Source of the DNA: an uncultured Planctomycetota bacterium
GTDB taxonomy: Bacteria > Planctomycetota > Planctomycetia > Isosphaerales > Isosphaeraceae
Length of the DNA stretch: 64,000 bases
Assembly (NCBI GenBank): GCA_963845755.1
Contig: CAWJTV010000001.1
Location: forward strand, 224,001-288,000
Direction: 5' to 3'
Shown here: one piece after another, positions 22,938 to 33,634 of the stretch
Layout of the letters: each line of letters begins with the position of its first letter
How positions within the stretch are numbered: the first letter of the stretch is position 1
Made by a program: the position numbers and the translations under genes
The notes under the pieces: model-generated
Seen by the model: the letters and a program-made list of their open reading frames with translations, nothing else
What the model was told of the DNA's origin: nothing
Databases searched by the model: none

Positions 22938-25175
22938 TCAGAAGAAGACCTGGAATCGCAGCCAGTAGAGGTCGGCGGTCGAGGAAAACTTGCCGGGGGC
23001 CATCGAGACGGGATTGCCGAATTCGGAATGCTGCCAGTCGAGGTAGACTCGCAGATAGAAGTTGAGGTACCAGTTCAGGCCGACGTCGGTCGCCCAGACG
23101 TGGTTGGTCCAGAGGTTGGGGTCCGCGAACCCGGACGTGAAGATGTTGCGGCCGATGTTCAGGTTGCTGTAACGGGCATAGACCTCGACGGCTCCGGGGC
23201 TGAACGCGCCCTTCCCCGTCAAGAAATCGAAGTTGAAATCGCGGAGCGGCTTGACCATGTTGACCCGGCGCGTGACCTGCTCGCCCGTGAGAAAATACGA
23301 TGCCGTGAATTCGGTGCCGCTCATGTTGACCGGGGTCGACGTATTCCCATTCGCGATGCCGTATCCCGACCGAAGGCCTCCGTATTCGGCCATGAGGAAT
23401 AAGCTCTTGTAATACCAGACGAGGTGACCACCCCACTGCACGCGCTCGCCGAGTTCGATCACGTTGTTGTTCAGGTGGAGGAAGGTGGGAGAAAGGCTGG
23501 TGGCGTTGTTCGGGGTCTGGTCGTTGGCGGTCTCGAAGTAAACCGGCTGGGGAGGACTGTTGTTCTGGTAGCCCACATCCCACGACCCGCCGATGTTGAA
23601 ATAGTTGAGGGCCTTGAACCGCTCCGAATTCAGGAAGGGCCGAATCGTGACATTGCCGATGATGTCCTTCGCGCTGTTCAAATCCTGGAATGAGCGGCGC
23701 GGCCCATTATAAAGGCCCGTCGCATAACTGACCCGCGAGTCGAAGAGCTCTCCGAGAAACATGAACCCCATCTGACGATTGAGGGCGAGGTTTCCCGCGA
23801 ATAGCGATCGTTCGGGCGCGATCAAGTCACCCTCAGCGATTGAGAAATATTCATATAAATACGGTGTCTTCATGCGACCGACTCGGAGCCGGAGCTTGTC
23901 GCTGAACCGGAGGGTGATGAAGGCATCGAGCAGGTCGAGGGAGCCGTAACCCCGGTTGATGACCGTGTAGAATCCCACGTTCTTGGTCAGGTTGCCCACG
24001 AAGTACCAGCGTTGACGTGGGATGAAGAACTGATCGTTGAGGACGCCGAGGTCTCGGTTGTCGAAGCCTCGGAACTCGGCCTGGGTCAGGTTGTGGAACT
24101 GGAGCAGGAATTCCTTGTCGTCGGATTCGAACTCGAGACCCTCGCCGAAGGCAAAATGGCCCTTGTGTTTCACGGGGCCCTGATTCACCCGAGACTTCTC
24201 CTCGGCCTCGCCTTCCTTGCCCTCGGCGCCGGCGGTCGCCTCGCTGACGGCAGCCGGCTGTTGCCTCGGGGAAGTTCGCCCGCCGGTGCCCTCCGCACCA
24301 GCTCCGATCCGGTCCATGCGGGACATGGTCGAGCGGCTCTCTTCGGCGGGCTGGGTCCGCGGCATGGTCGGTGTGGGACCGGTACCGCGGCCGATTTCGC
24401 CCTCTGCGCCTGCCGGGGGGGTGGCCGGCTGTTGACGTGGGTTGGTGCGCCCGCCGGTCCCCTCCGCTCCCGCGGGGGGTTGGGCGAAACTGGGATCGGC
24501 GGGCGGCACGGCAACCGCCTCTGCGCCCCCGTTCATCTCCGCACCGAGCGGTTCAGGTAAGTCGGAGATGGGATCGGCCACGACTTGGTTGCCCCCGGGC
24601 GTGTTCGCGATGCTCCCGTTCGCCGTGGTGCGACTGACCCGTTGCGCCCGGTTTCGCGCGACCACTCCCCGGGCTCCTTGGGTCGTCGTCATCTTCCGCG
24701 ACAGATCGTCGTATTTGCGGAGGAGCGCCTTGTATTGGCCCTGGATCTCGCGATGATTCTCTTCCAATCTCAGAAAGGCCTCTTCCATCCGACGGAACCG
24801 GTCTTCGAGGTTCGCATCGGCCGGCACGACGGGTTTCGAGCCCGTTGTCGCCGGTTGCGACATCGCACCGCTCACCGGTGAAGGAATCCGTCGATCGCGC
24901 GGGGTGTCGCTAACTTTCGGAGCAGTCGCCGTCGCTTGAGGCTTGGTGCCCTTGGTGGTTCCAGGCGACCCTCCCGTTTTCGGACGAGCCGTTTCCTCGC
25001 GAGGTTTGGAAGCAGTTGCGGGTTCCTGGACTTTGGGGGGCGGAGAGTTAAAAGGCGAAGGATCAGTTGGCGGCGGACTTTGGGCATATACGACTGCGGT
25101 CCAGCCCAGGACGAGACCAGTCAGAAGACCAATGCTCTTCCCGCGAATAAGGGGACAACACCGCATCCAATTCAT
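22938..25175 (-). CDS. OprO/OprP phosphate-selective porin family protein with long low-complexity N-terminal extension
   Basis: Signal peptide ending VYA-Q; coiled coil; beta-barrel motifs (RVGRMKTP, SYFLTGE, GLNWYLN, C-terminal RFQVFF). Confidence 0.8.
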   Translation of the reverse strand: MNWMRCCPLIRGKSIGLLTGLVLGWTAVVYAQSPPPTDPSPFNSPPPKVQEPATASKPREETARPKTGGSPGTTKGTKPQATATAPKVSDTPRDRRIPSPVSGAMSQPATTGSKPVVPADANLEDRFRRMEEAFLRLEENHREIQGQYKALLRKYDDLSRKMTTTQGARGVVARNRAQRVSRTTANGSIANTPGGNQVVADPISDLPEPLGAEMNGGAEAVAVPPADPSFAQPPAGAEGTGGRTNPRQQPATPPAGAEGEIGRGTGPTPTMPRTQPAEESRSTMSRMDRIGAGAEGTGGRTSPRQQPAAVSEATAGAEGKEGEAEEKSRVNQGPVKHKGHFAFGEGLEFESDDKEFLLQFHNLTQAEFRGFDNRDLGVLNDQFFIPRQRWYFVGNLTKNVGFYTVINRGYGSLDLLDAFITLRFSDKLRLRVGRMKTPYLYEYFSIAEGDLIAPERSLFAGNLALNRQMGFMFLGELFDSRVSYATGLYNGPRRSFQDLNSAKDIIGNVTIRPFLNSERFKALNYFNIGGSWDVGYQNNSPPQPVYFETANDQTPNNATSLSPTFLHLNNNVIELGERVQWGGHLVWYYKSLFLMAEYGGLRSGYGIANGNTSTPVNMSGTEFTASYFLTGEQVTRRVNMVKPLRDFNFDFLTGKGAFSPGAVEVYARYSNLNIGRNIFTSGFADPNLWTNHVWATDVGLNWYLNFYLRVYLDWQHSEFGNPVSMAPGKFSSTADLYWLRFQVFF

Positions 25176-26162
25176 CCGCTCAGCCTTTCGCAAGGTTGAT
25201 GGGTCCCGAAGCCTAAAGGTGGGAAAAACCGTGGCTCTTCGTCCCAAATTGGTGAAGGACCTCGCGTGTGGGCTGGGTACAACCCACCATAACCCCAAGT
25301 CGGACTGTGGGTTGTACCCAGCCTACAAACCCGCTGGCGGGGGCCATTACCAACCTCGGCTCATGAGCCCAAATCGCTTGATATACATGCACGATATCAC
25401 TCGACGGAGAAATGAATCTGCTTTCCTCCCCCTTCGATCGGCATCGTCATCGAACCGACTTGATAGAATTTTCCGATTCCGTGGATTCTTCGGACTGGAC
25501 AATCCCTCGAGAAGCCCGGATTGCGGCCTGACCGTTCGGAGGAACCGTTGCCTTCGAGATATACCGCACGCGGTCAGAAATGAGACATTCCATACCAACC
25601 CGAAGTGTAAACGAGGCAACGGTTTGACGCCCTCGCTCACGCATCGGGTTAGTGTCCCCAGAGGCCACGTGCAGTATGATCCCCGATTCTGACAACGACA
25701 CCCCTTCATCCGGGACACAGGCTTGTCACTCGTACGCGGTCCGGACGAACCGAGAACGGTGTCCATGACGTATGATCTCCGCAGCAACGTTAGTGGTGAG
25801 CCGTCTCGTAGTGGGTCGGTTGGTGTGGGTCCGGGCGATCGGGATTGGTCTTCGATGGATTCCGGATCTTCTTCGGCGACGGGACCTTGGATTGTCCCTG
25901 TCCCTATCGACGGGAATCGAGCCATGGGTCTCACGCCAAGAATCGCGACGGTCGGGGGGTTTGCGACTGGAAGACGCATCGGCCCATTCCACGCCTCCTC
26001 AACTGCGAGAAACCCCATTGCGGTCTTCCCAAAGGTAGGGGAGTGTGGTTATAATTACCGGATTTGATGTCTCGTATTGCCTTCGGGACCAGTCTGGCTC
26101 GTTTGAGCTGAGTCAGGGATGGGGTTAGACGACGTCCCGTTGTGAAACAGGAGAATCAGGCG

Positions 26163-27557
26163 ATGCATCGGGTTGAGGAAAGACCGGCGCTCTCCGCGAC
26201 AGAGTCTTGCTCGATCGAGAACGCGGTCAACACAGGCAGCCAGAGTTGCCTATCGGTTCGACTGGCGGTTTTCCTCCTGCTGGTCTGTTTAAGGCTTATG
26301 ATTCCCAAAGCATTGGTGGCACAGCAAATACCGCCCAGGACTTGGGTCGGCCGACGAGTCGTCCAACGGTTCAATAACCTGACGCTCCGCATCGAAGACC
26401 GGGTTATCGACCGCAAACGGCTCATCCATTTCTACGTGGTCGAGCAGACCAACGGCCCCTGGCTGTGGATCCGGGCCGAAAACAATGGATTCGGCGGCTG
26501 GGCCAAGATCGATGACATGGTACCTGTCGAGGAAGGGATCGATTTCTTCTCCAGTCGGATCCGCGCCAATCCCAGCGACGTGTTCTCCTACATGATGCGA
26601 GGCACTCTCTGGCAGGACCGGCAAGATCATCAGAAGGCGCTCAGCGACTTTGGAGAAGCCATCCGTTTAAGTCCCAATGATGCTTGGGTTTACAATGACC
26701 GATCCATCTTGTGGTTCGAAACCGGCGATTATGACCGGGCCATCGCGGATTGCACCGAGGCCATCCGACTCGAGCCTCAAGTAGCCAGTTCGTACAACAA
26801 CCGGGGGACGATCTGGAGGAAGAAGAAAGTCTACGACTCGGCGATCGCCGACTTCAACGAGGCTGTCCGATTGAATCCCGAGTATGTTTATGCCTATTAT
26901 AACCGTGGTCTCGCCCATTTTGACAAGGGAGATTACGATGCGGCGATCGCCGACTTCGGCACGGTTGTGCGACTGGATACATCGGATGCGTTGGGCTATT
27001 ACAACCGTGGCCTCGCCTGGGCTTACAAGAATGAACACGCCGAGGCAATTGCGGATTTCGACAAGGCCATTGCGCTGAATCCGCGGTCGGCATTGGCCCA
27101 TTTCCATCGGGGCGTGTCCAAGGCGGCGAAGAAGGCTTATGAGGCTGCCATAGCGGATTACGATCAGGCGATCCGGCTCTCGCCGAAGGATGCGAAGGCG
27201 TATTACGAGCGGGGCCTTGCCCGAGTCGAGCGGAAGGACTATCCCCGGGCCGTCGCCGATTTCAATGAAGCGATCCGACTGGACCCGAATTACGACGAGG
27301 GCTATCTCGGCCGCGCATGGCTGCTGGCGACCTGTCCCGATACGAAGTATCGCGACCCGAAGAAAGCGGTCGAGTCGGCGACCCGAGCGTGCGAGTTAAC
27401 CAACTGGCACGCATCGCACGATCTGAGCGGTTTGGCCGCGGTGTATGCCGAGATCGGGAATGTTGCCGAAGCCGTGAAGTGGCAGTCTCGGGCCATCGAG
27501 CTGTTGGCCGACGAGGACTTGAAACGGATCGAGGCGCTGCGGTTGGGTCACCATTGA
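26163..27557 (+). CDS. Multi-TPR protein
   Basis: About 8 repeats of AYxNRG...YDxAIADFxEAIRLxP; ends with the AWLLATCPD..RD..KAVE.ATRACEL module. Confidence 0.9.
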   Translation: MHRVEERPALSATESCSIENAVNTGSQSCLSVRLAVFLLLVCLRLMIPKALVAQQIPPRTWVGRRVVQRFNNLTLRIEDRVIDRKRLIHFYVVEQTNGPWLWIRAENNGFGGWAKIDDMVPVEEGIDFFSSRIRANPSDVFSYMMRGTLWQDRQDHQKALSDFGEAIRLSPNDAWVYNDRSILWFETGDYDRAIADCTEAIRLEPQVASSYNNRGTIWRKKKVYDSAIADFNEAVRLNPEYVYAYYNRGLAHFDKGDYDAAIADFGTVVRLDTSDALGYYNRGLAWAYKNEHAEAIADFDKAIALNPRSALAHFHRGVSKAAKKAYEAAIADYDQAIRLSPKDAKAYYERGLARVERKDYPRAVADFNEAIRLDPNYDEGYLGRAWLLATCPDTKYRDPKKAVESATRACELTNWHASHDLSGLAAVYAEIGNVAEAVKWQSRAIELLADEDLKRIEALRLGHH

Positions 27558-27704
27558 GATCGGCGTCCGCGGGTCGTCGGCAAAGGCCCGAAGACCGGAC
27601 CGGACTCGACTCGGACTGGTCGGAAGTGGGGGTCGCCTTGCGAGCCATCGCTGGCCTTCGTCGCGAGGCGGCTCTCCGACAGAGCCGCTTCGCGAGTCCG
27701 CCCC

Positions 27705-28067
27705 TCAAAACTTCTTCAGGGCCGTGATTTCATCCGGGTGGATTTCAAAGATCTTGTCAAAATGGCTGACTTTGAACGCATCCATGATCACGGGACGAAG
27801 GCCGCAGAGCTTGATACGCCCCTTGGCGTCCTGGATCTTGCGATGGAGTTTCACCAGGTGCGCCAGCATCGCGCTGGAGATGAAGTGCGCATTGCCGAGA
27901 TTCAGGAGGACCTTCGGTTCCTTCCGCGACTCGACCAGGTCGACCAGCTCCATGCCGACGGCCTGAACCTTCTCCCCCTCGAACATCGCCATGGTTTCAC
28001 GGAAGTTCACGACGGCGACGCCGTCGACGTACTTCACCGTGATATATTGGTACTCGGAAAGGGCCAT
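27705..28067 (-). CDS. STAS-domain anti-sigma factor antagonist
   Basis: VLLNLGNAHFISSAML..LCGLRPVIMDAFKVSHFDKIFEI. Confidence 0.9.
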   Translation of the reverse strand: MALSEYQYITVKYVDGVAVVNFRETMAMFEGEKVQAVGMELVDLVESRKEPKVLLNLGNAHFISSAMLAHLVKLHRKIQDAKGRIKLCGLRPVIMDAFKVSHFDKIFEIHPDEITALKKF

Positions 28068-28409
28068 GGAAGCGGCTCCTGATGCCCGCCCTCGCTCGGG
28101 GTCCTTCGGGGATCAGCGTCGTCCCCTCGACGGCCGGCGCGGGCTTGGCCGGCACGGAGTCCCCAACTCGAATCGCGATTCCCGAGGTGGGTAACTTGAT
28201 CATATCGGAAGAGGGATCCCTTTCCCATCCCCATCTCCTCTTTCCCGCGGGATGCGAGATTGCGGCAACGACTGCGGGCCCGAAGCCCGCACCTCGGGTC
28301 GCGTGCGCCCCTTGCTCCGATCCGCGATTCCAGCGATTGACGAGTTGGGCGCCGCCCTCTAACATGGGTGAAACTCGATCGTCCTTGAGACAACTGATAG
28401 CCGATCTCA

Positions 28410-28766
28410 GTGGTGACGCGAATTCATGCCTATCTCTGGTATTTGCCCGGGATCATCTTGATCTCCCAGTGGGCCTTGCCGTCGGTCAGAAGCGCCCCGC
28501 GGGGCACCCTGGCTCCGATCAATGTTCGAGGTCCAGCCGGTCATCCGGGCTCACGACCGCCCCGGATGATCGCCACCCGATCCTCTCTGTCGGCTTGCGA
28601 TTGCCCTGAACAGGTTACGAACGACGCCGACGTAGACCCCCGAACCGGCCCGCGCGACGATGGGTCACGTTTGCTTTCCTCAAATGATGCACGCATGCGA
28701 CCGACGGTCCGTTCCGTGGCTTCATTCCGCGGCAAGCGAGGCCCAACCCATCCCTTGCGCTGTTGA
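28410..28766 (+). CDS. Small protein with N-terminal hydrophobic stretch and C-terminal PLRC
   Basis: ...LWYLPGIILISQWALPSVR...THPLRC*; ends 180 bp before an RND adaptor gene. Confidence 0.5.
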   Translation: MVTRIHAYLWYLPGIILISQWALPSVRSAPRGTLAPINVRGPAGHPGSRPPRMIATRSSLSACDCPEQVTNDADVDPRTGPRDDGSRLLSSNDARMRPTVRSVASFRGKRGPTHPLRC

Positions 28767-28946
28767 CGCACGCCCCGCATGCTTCAACGCTCGCATCGAG
28801 AGTCGCGTGACGATGAGTTTCTTCCGTCTCATCTTCCGATCCCGGCCCGGGATCGGCCGTGATTGCCGGAGAACAGGGCAAAGGGGAATGGGTCCATCGG
28901 GAACCGTCCGAATCCTCGGGTCGAATTCGAAATGAGGGGTGGTCGC

Positions 28947-30459
28947 ATGTTAGCAGATCAGGTCGCGGTCGCGGCGAAACCCGTTGGCGTGGAGCGATCG
29001 GACAAAGGTCCTCCACGACCTGCTCCGGAGCGTCCGCGATGGGGGTTGCGTTTGCTGTTCCTTTTGATCGTCGCCGGCGGAATCGGCGGTGTCTACGTGG
29101 CGACCTCCGGCAAGGCCCACCCGGGCGAATCGGGAGAGAAGGTGGACGTCGCCGGTATCGGGAAAGGCGAAGCGGGCAGTTCCGAGCCGAAGGTTCAGGC
29201 CGTCAAGCCGCGTCGGGGGGGATGGAGCGGATCACGAGCCAGCCGGGAACCATTAGCGCGTTCGAGTTCGCCAGACTGTATGCGAAGGTCTCCGGCTACC
29301 TAAAGACGTTGAAGGTAGACCGCGGCAGCCGCGTCGAGAAAGGGCAGCTCCTGGCGCAGCTCGACGTGCCCGAGCTGGAAGCCGCCGTCGAGCAAGCCGA
29401 GGCGGCGGTGATCCGGGCGAATGCGGCCGTCAAGCAGGCGATGGCACATGTGACCAGCGCCAGGAGATGATCAAGGCCAAGTTGGCATTCCAGGAAGAGT
29501 CCGTCGCCAATCAGGAGGCGGCCGTCGCCGATCGCCAATACCGGGACAAACAGTTCCACCGGATCGACGACCTGGTGAGGCGGCATGCCGTCGAGGAACG
29601 GCTCCGGGATGAGGAGTACGACCACTATCACGTTGCCTTGTCCAAGGAGCACGCGGCCGTGGCCGCAGTGGCCACCGCCAAGGCGCAGGTGGCCGAGGCA
29701 GAGGCCTTGCTCGCGCAGGCCCAGGCGGACGAGGAAGGGGCCAAGGCGGATGTGAAGGTCAGCGAGGCGAACCTGAAAAAGGAAAAGGCTCTCTACGAAT
29801 ACACGTATCTCCGCTCACCCTACAAGGGCGTCGTCATCGCCCGCGGCGAGGCCGTGCATCCCGGTTCGTTCGTCCAATCTCCGGACAAAGGCGGCGAAGA
29901 ACCCTTGCTCATCGTGGCCCGCGATGACGTCATGCGGACAATCATCCCAATCCCCGACCGAGATGTCCCCTATTGCGAGCCCGGCGATCCCGCGATCATT
30001 CGGATCGATGCCATGGGTAACCGAGAGTTCAAGGGCAAGGTTAGCCGGGTGGCGGAATCCGAGGACATCAAGGATCGAACGATGCGCATCGAGGTCAACC
30101 TCCCCAATCCCGAGCACATCCTCCGCGACGGCATGTTCGGCCGAGGCGAGATCGTCCTCGAGAAGGACACTCCGAACTTCACAGTCCCTTCGTCCTGCGT
30201 CCTGGAGCGGAATAGCCAGGGCGAAGGCGCCATCCAGGTCGTCAAGGATGGGAAGACGTACAAGCAGACCGTGCAGATCGGCCGCGATGACGGGGTCCGT
30301 GCCGAGATCCTCAGCGGCCTGAGTGCCGATGCCCTGGTGATCCTCCAGCCCGACGCGTCGGTCGCCGATGGTACGAAGGTTCAGGTTCTATCCGACACGA
30401 CCCCATCGCCGGCCCCGGCCTCGAAACCCGCCCAGGCCCCCAAGGAATCCCACGAGTAA
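28947..30459 (+). CDS. RND periplasmic adaptor (membrane fusion protein), two frameshifts (G-run 29215-29221; ~29460)
   Basis: N-terminal TM, LYAKVSGYLKTLKVDRGSRVEKGQLLA, LRSPYKGVV, RTMRIEVNLPN. Confidence 0.85.
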
Positions 30460-30599
30460 TCGCCCCTGACTCCGCGCAGACCGCGCCAGGCACCACGGAG
30501 CGAATGCAGTTCGGGGCGGGCTCCTGCCGAATACTAGGGTATATCGGCCAGGCGTCCGCCCCGGTCCGCTCGCTCGACTGTGTTCAGGGAGGGTCACTG

Positions 30600-31589
30600 A
30601 TGTCGCGAATCCCTCGGCGCCCGAACCGGCCGGACTTCGAGAGGCTCGAATCGCGGCTTCCCCTGAGCCTCGCCCCATCCACGAACACCTTCGGCCTGAC
30701 GCCACCGGCCAACGCCCTCGGCATCAGCCTGGGCGACATCTCGGGGCCACGTGCCACCGGTTCCACGACCGTCACGATCGCACCTCAGAATATCACACCC
30801 GGCAAGGCCTCGACCGAGTTCGCCGTGTTCGTCCAGCCATACTCGGGCAGCGGGGTGCACCCGCGGATCGCCGGCGTGGAGCAGAACGGGAAAATGCTGC
30901 CGGTCCAGTTCGGTCGCCCCTATACCTCGCGCAGTGCCGGGAAGCCCACGAACCGGGCCGTCGCATTCTTCCAGACCGGTCAGTCCGGTCCGGTAACCAT
31001 CCTCGTCGCCGGCCAGAAGAACACCACCGGTTCCTACACTGTCGAAACGACCTTGCCCGGCGACGTCAACGGTGACGGTCAAGTCAATGTGGCCGACCTC
31101 GCGCCGTTCGCGAAATCCTTCGGGACGAAGCCGGGCTGGACGGGTTACTTGCCCTCCGCCGACTTCAACCAGAATGGTATCATCAACTTGTACGACGCCA
31201 AGGCGGTGGAGCGCAACATGCCGCCCCTGACTCCGGATAGTCCCCTCAACGCCGACATCAACCTGGTGCCATCGGACCAGGCGCAGTACGCCGCCCCCAA
31301 GAACTCGGGCGGTTCCACCATGAAGCGAGACGTCCAGATCGATGGCTACACCATGCCCGCCAGCATCGTCCTCGAGATCCAGCTATCCAACCTCACGCCG
31401 CCCGACAAGGCCATCGCGACCAATGCCCGGGGGTTCTTCACCCTCAGCACGAAGAATTCCCAGGGGGTGAACACGACGAATTTCCTGATCCTCGATCCCT
31501 ATGGCCGCCAGCTCGTCCGCGCGTACCCGATCTTCTGGATTCCATTCGCCGCTCCCCACTCGAAGTATCAACCGAAGAGCACGAGTTGA
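30600..31589 (+). CDS. Secreted dockerin-like domain protein with planctomycete extracellular N-terminal motif
   Basis: RRPNRPDFERLESRLPLS; GDVNGDGQVNVADL...ADFNQNGIINLYD. Confidence 0.8.
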   Translation: MSRIPRRPNRPDFERLESRLPLSLAPSTNTFGLTPPANALGISLGDISGPRATGSTTVTIAPQNITPGKASTEFAVFVQPYSGSGVHPRIAGVEQNGKMLPVQFGRPYTSRSAGKPTNRAVAFFQTGQSGPVTILVAGQKNTTGSYTVETTLPGDVNGDGQVNVADLAPFAKSFGTKPGWTGYLPSADFNQNGIINLYDAKAVERNMPPLTPDSPLNADINLVPSDQAQYAAPKNSGGSTMKRDVQIDGYTMPASIVLEIQLSNLTPPDKAIATNARGFFTLSTKNSQGVNTTNFLILDPYGRQLVRAYPIFWIPFAAPHSKYQPKSTS

Positions 31590-31645
31590 TGATGTAGCCC
31601 GGACGGCGGTGGCCGGGACGAGAAATCGATCGGCGCGTGCGGCGG

Positions 31646-32548
31646 TCAATGCGACCCGTCGACGAGCGGCCGGCACCCCACCAGGTTGATCCCGTGCCCC
31701 TGACCTTCGTGGTACAGGACCTGGTCCCGACTCAGGTCCACCACGTGGATCAGTCCGGCGTCGGCGAACCAGCCCGCCACTTCGTCGGCGGTATGGCGGG
31801 TCAAATACTTCGGCGCGTACCAGTCGAGCGTGTCGCATACCCGAACCTCCGAGTCCGGATGCATCGAGACGCCGATCGTCGCCAGGTGGACGGCCACGCC
31901 CAGCCGTTGGATCAGCCACCGGCGGCTCGACATCAAGTAACGCTTCAGCGCACCGATCGGGGCGGAGATCCGGCACAGCGGCTCCAGCACGCCCAGCGGC
32001 AGCCGCGTCGAGACAGATCGCTGAGCATTCATGATCCATTCCACGATAGCACGCTCGCGTGGATAGACCCAGATGGCGATCTGGCCTCCAGGCTTCAAGA
32101 GACGAGCCAAGGCCAGAAAAGACGCCCGTGGATCGGGAGTGTGATCGATCACACCGAGAGAGTAGATCCGATCGAAGCTACCGGGCGCGAACGGGAGCTG
32201 AAGGAGATCGCCACGGATGATCTGGACCTGGGGAAGATCCCGAGTCATGTCTCGCGCGGCCAGCACCGCGGGACTCAGGTCGATCCCCACGATCCCTGCC
32301 GCCGCCGATTCGCCCGCGATCCGCAGGTAGCGGCCCATCCCGCAGCCGGCATCCAGTACGATCTTGCCGGCGAGGTCCTCGGGGTTGAACCCCGTCCGGC
32401 TGCCAAAAGTTGCGCGATCTTCCTCCTGCCGAACGATCCGGAACCGATTCCATTGCAGCCCATAGGCCGCCTGGGTTCGCGTCTGATCAGCGATTCGTCC
32501 TCGAGCCTTTGAGTTCTCAAGTCCTGGGTTGTGTCGAGCCAAGCCCAT
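31646..32548 (-). CDS. Class I SAM-dependent methyltransferase
   Basis: VLDAGCGMGR, GIDLS, SFDRIYSLGVIDHTPD, LLKPGG. Confidence 0.9.
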   Translation of the reverse strand: MGLARHNPGLENSKARGRIADQTRTQAAYGLQWNRFRIVRQEEDRATFGSRTGFNPEDLAGKIVLDAGCGMGRYLRIAGESAAAGIVGIDLSPAVLAARDMTRDLPQVQIIRGDLLQLPFAPGSFDRIYSLGVIDHTPDPRASFLALARLLKPGGQIAIWVYPRERAIVEWIMNAQRSVSTRLPLGVLEPLCRISAPIGALKRYLMSSRRWLIQRLGVAVHLATIGVSMHPDSEVRVCDTLDWYAPKYLTRHTADEVAGWFADAGLIHVVDLSRDQVLYHEGQGHGINLVGCRPLVDGSH

Positions 32549-32614
32549 GCTTCCTCTCTTCGCCGAGTATGAGTGTTCGCTTCCCCGGTCCGCCCGACCA
32601 AGACGACGAAAGCC

Positions 32615-33310
32615 CTAAGAGCTTAAGGACTTTAAAAACTGATCCTCGGCGGCGCTACGGCGGAGGTACCCCGGTTCGAGCATCCACGGATCCTCGTGGC
32701 GGCCACTGGCCCAGAGTTCACGCGCGAGTTCAGCCAGGCGATCTCCCTGGGGATTGTTCTGCGCCGGATCTGACGTGACGAGCCGATCCGGGATGGCGGC
32801 TCGGATGCGAGGCACGGCGAGGGCCGGCCCGAGGACCAGGACTCCGGGGTCCTGGCGGCCGAGCCAGGCGGGGAGCGATTCCACATGAGTTTCGCCCGAA
32901 GGCACCAGTGGAGAGCCTGGGGCCGGTCGGAACAGGTCGGCCACATAGACCTCGCCGCGCTGGGCGTCGGCGAGGACGGAAACGCGCGGGACTTCCGCCG
33001 ATGCGTTGCGTCCGACTGCATGGAGGCTATTGAAGGCGATCAATCGGGCACCCGATACGTAGGCCAGGGTCTTGGCGGCCGTCACGCCGACCCGAAGTCC
33101 CGTGTAGGATCCGGGCCCGAGTCCGACCGCGACCCCCTGGAGATCCCTCGCCGCAAGTCCGGCTTCCTTCAGTAAAGACGCGATCCTGGGGATCAGATCG
33201 CGTCCGTGCCGGCGCACCGTCTCCGTCGCCGAGACGTAGAGATCCCCCGAATCGGTGGTCAGGGCGATGACCGTACGCTCCGTCGAGGTATCCATCACCA
33301 GGATGGTCAT
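32615..33310 (-). CDS. tsaB: t6A biosynthesis protein TsaB
   Basis: ILVMDTST, AVGLGPGSYTGLRVG, DAQRGEVY, LEPGYLR. Confidence 0.95.
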   Translation of the reverse strand: MTILVMDTSTERTVIALTTDSGDLYVSATETVRRHGRDLIPRIASLLKEAGLAARDLQGVAVGLGPGSYTGLRVGVTAAKTLAYVSGARLIAFNSLHAVGRNASAEVPRVSVLADAQRGEVYVADLFRPAPGSPLVPSGETHVESLPAWLGRQDPGVLVLGPALAVPRIRAAIPDRLVTSDPAQNNPQGDRLAELARELWASGRHEDPWMLEPGYLRRSAAEDQFLKSLSS

Positions 33311-33456
33311 TGGTCATTGGTCATTGGTGAGATGGCGTCGTGTCTCGACATCGTAACCGCGAGAGGTTTCGAGGGCTCTAGACCTTCGGAGGTGGCTTCT
33401 CAGTCCGCTTGCGAACCAAGGACCAAGGATCAAGGACCGATGTCCAATGACCAAGT
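33307..33456. repeat. STRR-like heptamer tandem repeats: (TCATTGG)x3 and facing (ACCAAGG/CCAATGA)-like units
   Basis: TCATTGG x3 over the tsaB start at 33307-33327; ACCAAGG ACCAAGG ATCAAGG ACCGATG TCCAATG ACCAAG at ~33415-33456. Confidence 0.75.
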
Positions 33457-33489
33457 TGCAATTCTGACCGGAACCATGACCGCGTGGAC

Positions 33490-33519
33490 TTGACCCTCCC
33501 CGTCCATTCGCTCTATCCT
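33490..33519 (+). promoter_or_regulatory. Putative sigma70 promoter for the metallophosphoesterase-yidC-mnmE run
   Basis: TTGACC-18 nt-TATCCT in the divergent intergenic region. Confidence 0.4.
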
Positions 33520-33634
33520 TTATTGGACGTTGATACTAGACTAATCGTAGGAGCCTGGGACGGTCGAGATCCCAGCCCATTTCCCGGTCCGGTCCCCCCA
33601 CGTGGTCCGGCCCACGGTCGGAGGTTCCCCTTCG

